A DNA stretch of 64,000 nt from an uncultured delta proteobacterium. Lineage in GTDB: Bacteria > Desulfobacterota > Binatia > UBA9968. The notes under the pieces were generated by a model. That model saw only the letters and a list, made by a program, of their open reading frames with translations, had not been told where the DNA came from and ran no database searches. Shown piece by piece: positions 60,739-64,000 of the stretch. The translations under genes were made by a program, and so were the position numbers. Where the stretch lies: the NCBI GenBank assembly GCA_963737905.1, contig CAVTUQ010000038.1, forward strand, positions 64,001-128,000. Direction: 5' to 3'. Numbering within the stretch: position 1 is the first letter of the stretch; every line of letters starts with the position of its first letter.

Positions 60739-60975
60739 TTACTTCTCTTCGACAATTTCAAGGACCACCTTGCGGTTGGTTCTTGACGCTGCGGCGTTGA
60801 GAATCGTGCGGATGGATTTTGCCGTTCTACCCTGCTTGCCGATGATGCGTCCCAGATCTTCTTTGGCCACTCTCAACTCCAAAACCGAGGCGGTTTCTCC
60901 TTCGGTCTCTTTGACCTCGACAGCATCGGGATTGTTCACCAAGGACCTTGCCAGGTATTGAACGAGCTCCTTCAT
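60739..60975 (-). CDS. khpA: KH domain RNA-binding protein KhpA
   Basis: DLGRIIGKQGRTAKSIRT, located between rpsP and rimM. Confidence 0.92.
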   Translation of the reverse strand: MKELVQYLARSLVNNPDAVEVKETEGETASVLELRVAKEDLGRIIGKQGRTAKSIRTILNAAASRTNRKVVLEIVEEK

Positions 60976-61001
60976 GAAGGAGGTGACCTCCTGTCCGGGG
61001 A

Positions 61002-61247
61002 TTAGCTTGCTTTTTTCTGGCGCGCCATCAGCTCCGAAACGGTCTGCGTGGGTTTGGCGCCGCGCTTGATCCAGATCTCGACCTTTTCCCGGTTCAGTTT
61101 GACGGCTTCGGCGCTGGCGTTAGGATCGTAGGTTCCCACCTGTTCGATATATCGACCGTCACGCGGAAAGCGCTGGTCGCAGACCACGATACGGTAAAAT
61201 GGCTTTTTCTTTGCTCCATGCCTGCTGAGACGAATTCTTACGCTCAT
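61002..61247 (-). CDS. rpsP: 30S ribosomal protein S16
   Basis: VRIRLSRHGAKKKPFYRIVV, RDGRYIE.VGTYDP. Confidence 0.98.
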   Translation of the reverse strand: MSVRIRLSRHGAKKKPFYRIVVCDQRFPRDGRYIEQVGTYDPNASAEAVKLNREKVEIWIKRGAKPTQTVSELMARQKKAS

Positions 61248-61266
61248 ATTTATCGTTCCTTCTTTT

Positions 61267-62608
61267 CTAATGGAAAGGGTTGGGCATTCGGTTGAACAGG
61301 GATCGGACTCCCAGCTTACTCACCCTTTGCATCATCTTTTTCATCTCCATGAACTGTTTCATTAACCTGTTAATATCTGTGACGGTGGTGCCGCTCCCTT
61401 GAGCAATACGCAGGCGGCGTCGGCCGTTCAGAATCTGCCGGATTGCGCCGCTCTTCAAGGGTCATCGAGTTGATAATGGCTTCCACGCGTTTCATCTCTT
61501 GCTCGGCTTTTTCTGTGTCAACCTGCGATGCCAGTTTCTTGGCTCCGGGAATGAGTTCAAGCAGGCTGCCGACGGAGCCCATTTTTTTTATTTGTTGGAG
61601 CTGAAGCTGGAACTCTTCCAAGGTGAATTGCTGCTTTTGAAAGGCCTGCTGTAGGCGAACCGCTTCTTTCTGCTCGACGTTCTGTTGAACCTTATCGATG
61701 AGCGAAAGCACATCCCCCATGCCGAGGATTCTGGATGCCAGACGATCGGGATAGAAGGGCTCGAGAGCATCGAGCTTCTCCCCCACACCGGAAAAGAGGA
61801 TCGGCTTGCCAACCATCTGCCGAATCGAAAGAGCGGCGCCACCGCGGGCATCGCCGTCCAACTTAGTGAGAATAATCCCTGTGAGATCAAGTTTACCGTC
61901 GAATCCAATGGCCTGGTTCACAGCATCTTGACCGGTCATCGCGTCGGCCACGAAAAGAATTTGATGGGGATGGACGGCACTCTTTATCGACGACAACTCC
62001 TGCATGAGTTCTTCGTCAATGTGCAAACGGCCTGCAGTATCGATCAAGAGGACATCGCAAAACCGCTTCTTTGCTTCCTCCAAAGCCTGTTGGCAAAGGA
62101 CTACAGGGGAGATCGCTGGATCGGAATCATGAACCGGCAGCTCCAGCTCCTCGCCCAGGATTTTGAGCTGATCGATGGCGGCGGGTCGATAGATGTCTGC
62201 CGGAACCAGATAGGGCTTTCTCTTCTTATCTTTCCTTAAATGCCGGGCAAGCTTTGCCAAAGTTGTCGTTTTGCCCGAGCCTTGTAAGCCAACGAGCATG
62301 ATGACCGCCGGAGGGGCGGTCTTAAGGTCGAGCTCCTTATGTTCGCCCCCCAGAAGGCCGATAAGCTCATCCCGAACGATCTTAATGAATTGCTGCTCGG
62401 GGGTGAGACTTTGTAAAACTTCCTGGCCTAGAGATTGGGACTTGACCGATTCAAGAAAATTTTTAACGACCCCGATATGAACGTCGGCCTCAAGAAGCGC
62501 CAGGCGCACTTCCCTGAGGGCGTCATCGATGTTTTTTTCGGTAATCTTTCCCTGACCCCTAAGCCTTTTGAAGGTCAGCTCGAGTTTATCGGTTAGAGAT
62601 TCAAACAT
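61267..62608 (-). CDS. ffh: Signal recognition particle protein Ffh (apparent frameshift near 61437)
   Basis: [29 protein letters not shown]; [15 protein letters not shown] is in ORF 61267-61458. Confidence 0.95.
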
Positions 62609-62657
62609 GCCGTAGGCAGCTAAACTATTATATTTTCAAGGGAAAAAGCACCTGGGA

Positions 62658-62686
62658 AGACTAATATGAAAATCCTCTAGTGTCAA
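62658..62686 (-). promoter_or_regulatory. Putative sigma70 promoter of the ffh operon
   Basis: Minus strand TTGACA-N17-TAGTCT. Confidence 0.55.
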
Positions 62687-62695
62687 GCAGAAGGC

Positions 62696-62744
62696 AAAAA
62701 GAAAGGCCCGTTATGCCTTCAAGATATACCGGCATAACGGGCCT
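62696..62744 (-). terminator. Rho-independent terminator of groEL
   Basis: 14-bp perfect stem AGGCCCGTTATGCC/GGCATAACGGGCCT followed on the minus strand by TTCTTTTT. Confidence 0.85.
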
Positions 62745-62765
62745 GACGTAGTTTAGAGGCCGGCC

Positions 62766-64000
62766 TTACATCATTCCGCCCATACCACCCATTCCGCCCA
62801 TACCACCCATTCCACCTCCAGGAGGCATAGGAGGCATGGCAGACTTCTCTTCCGGCTTCTCTGCGACCATGGCCTCCGTGGTGAGAAGCATGCCGGCTAC
62901 CGATGCCGCGTTCTGCAGAGCCGTACGGACGACCTTGGCAGGGTCGAGAATGCCTGCCTTGAGCAGATCCTCGTATTCCTCTGACGCGGCATTAAAACCG
63001 AAAGCTCCCTTGCCTTCTTTAACCTTCTGCAGAGCGATCGAGCCTTCTACGCCGGCATTGATGGCGATCCGCCGGAGCGGTTCTTCAATCGCTCTCTTGA
63101 TGATGTTGACTCCCGATTTCTCTTCCTCAGGGACTCTGAGCCTTTCTAATGCTGCCGATGCCCTAAGCAAAGCGACTCCTCCACCCGGAACGATGCCTTC
63201 TTCTACGGCGGCTCTGGTCGCGTGGAGCGCGTCCTCGACTCGGGCTTTCTTCTCTTTCATCTCGATTTCAGTGGCGGCCCCCACGTTGATCACCGCGACA
63301 CCGCCGATCAGCTTGGCGAGGCGCTCCTGCAATTTCTCGCGATCGTAGTCCGAAGTCGTTTCCTCGATCTGAGCCCGTATCTGCTTAATGCGCCCTTCGA
63401 GATCGGACTTCTTGCCGGCGCCATCGACAATAGTGGTGTTGTCCTTGTCGACAACAATTCTCTTGGCGCGACCGAGATCCTGCACCGCAATATTTTCTAG
63501 CTTGATTCCCAATTCTTCGGCTATGAGCTTACCGCCGGTGAGGATGGCGATATCCTCCAGCATCGCTTTGCGGCGGTCACCGAACCCCGGCGCCTTGACC
63601 GCAACGCAGTGGAGGGTGCCACGGATCTTGTTGACCACAAGTGTCGCCAGCGCTTCACCTTCGATGTCTTCGGCAATGATGATAAAAGGCTTACTCGATT
63701 TGGCGATCTGTTCCAGGATCGGCAGTAACTCTTTCATGTTGCTGATCTTCTTTTCATTAATCAGCAAATAGGCGTCCTGGAGGACACACTCCATTCGCTC
63801 CGGATCGGTCACGAAATAAGGAGACAGATAACCACGATCAAACTGCATACCTTCCACAACATCCAACGTGGTTTCGAGTCCTTTCGCTTCTTCAACGGTA
63901 ATAACCCCTTCTTTGCCGACTTTGTTCATCGCCTCAGCGATGACATCGCCGATGGTTGAGTCGTTGTTCGCGGCGATGGTGCCCACCTGGGCGATTTCTT
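62766..64000 (-). CDS. groL: Chaperonin GroEL (5' end outside the window)
   Basis: [31 protein letters not shown]-repeat tail. Confidence 0.98.
   Translation of the reverse strand, partial: EIAQVGTIAANNDSTIGDVIAEAMNKVGKEGVITVEEAKGLETTLDVVEGMQFDRGYLSPYFVTDPERMECVLQDAYLLINEKKISNMKELLPILEQIAKSSKPFIIIAEDIEGEALATLVVNKIRGTLHCVAVKAPGFGDRRKAMLEDIAILTGGKLIAEELGIKLENIAVQDLGRAKRIVVDKDNTTIVDGAGKKSDLEGRIKQIRAQIEETTSDYDREKLQERLAKLIGGVAVINVGAATEIEMKEKKARVEDALHATRAAVEEGIVPGGGVALLRASAALERLRVPEEEKSGVNIIKRAIEEPLRRIAINAGVEGSIALQKVKEGKGAFGFNAASEEYEDLLKAGILDPAKVVRTALQNAASVAGMLLTTEAMVAEKPEEKSAMPPMPPGGGMGGMGGMGGMGGMM

Noticed and set aside
605-62608. Frameshifts in cysS, the acyl-CoA ligase, DUF1749 hydrolase, amidohydrolase, gcvR-like, arnT-like and ffh as pseudogenes or programmed frameshifts
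   Set aside because: They are scattered single-base indels, often in short homopolymers, and include essential genes, with no shared slippery motif. Long-read consensus error is the simpler explanation.
62770-62835. 9/18-nt repeats at the end of groEL
   Set aside because: They encode the ordinary GGM tail of GroEL.

Overview
GC-rich bacterial chromosomal segment. The many stand-alone NMT1/SsuA-type and TctC binding proteins and the ffh-rpsP-khpA-rimM-trmD-rplS order suggest a deltaproteobacteria-like lineage such as Ca. Binatia (inference only). Housekeeping genes: cysS, valS, ptrB, rarA, the ffh-rplS operon and groEL. Also present: an Rrf2-led sulfite reductase/siroheme cluster, many hydrolases and oxidoreductases, a protease-MoxR-DUF58-VWA operon and an ATP-grasp/metallopeptidase pair. 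Single-base frameshifts in several genes, including essential cysS and ffh, point to long-read consensus errors. Four features stand out. (1) A tandem tRNA-Gln(TTG) pair whose second copy is split at the anticodon arm by a ~1.46-kb AT-rich insert with no integrase; its junctions resemble tyrosine-recombinase core sites with a mismatched 7-bp overlap. (2) The sulfate-activation genes appear internally deleted: a 72-aa cysH stub and an in-frame cysD-N/cysN-C chimera remain, while sulfite reductase and siroheme genes are intact. (3) A binding-protein gene hollowed out in the same way. (4) MITE-like and REP-like elements and short 7-9-nt repeats in intergenic regions, one nested inside another.
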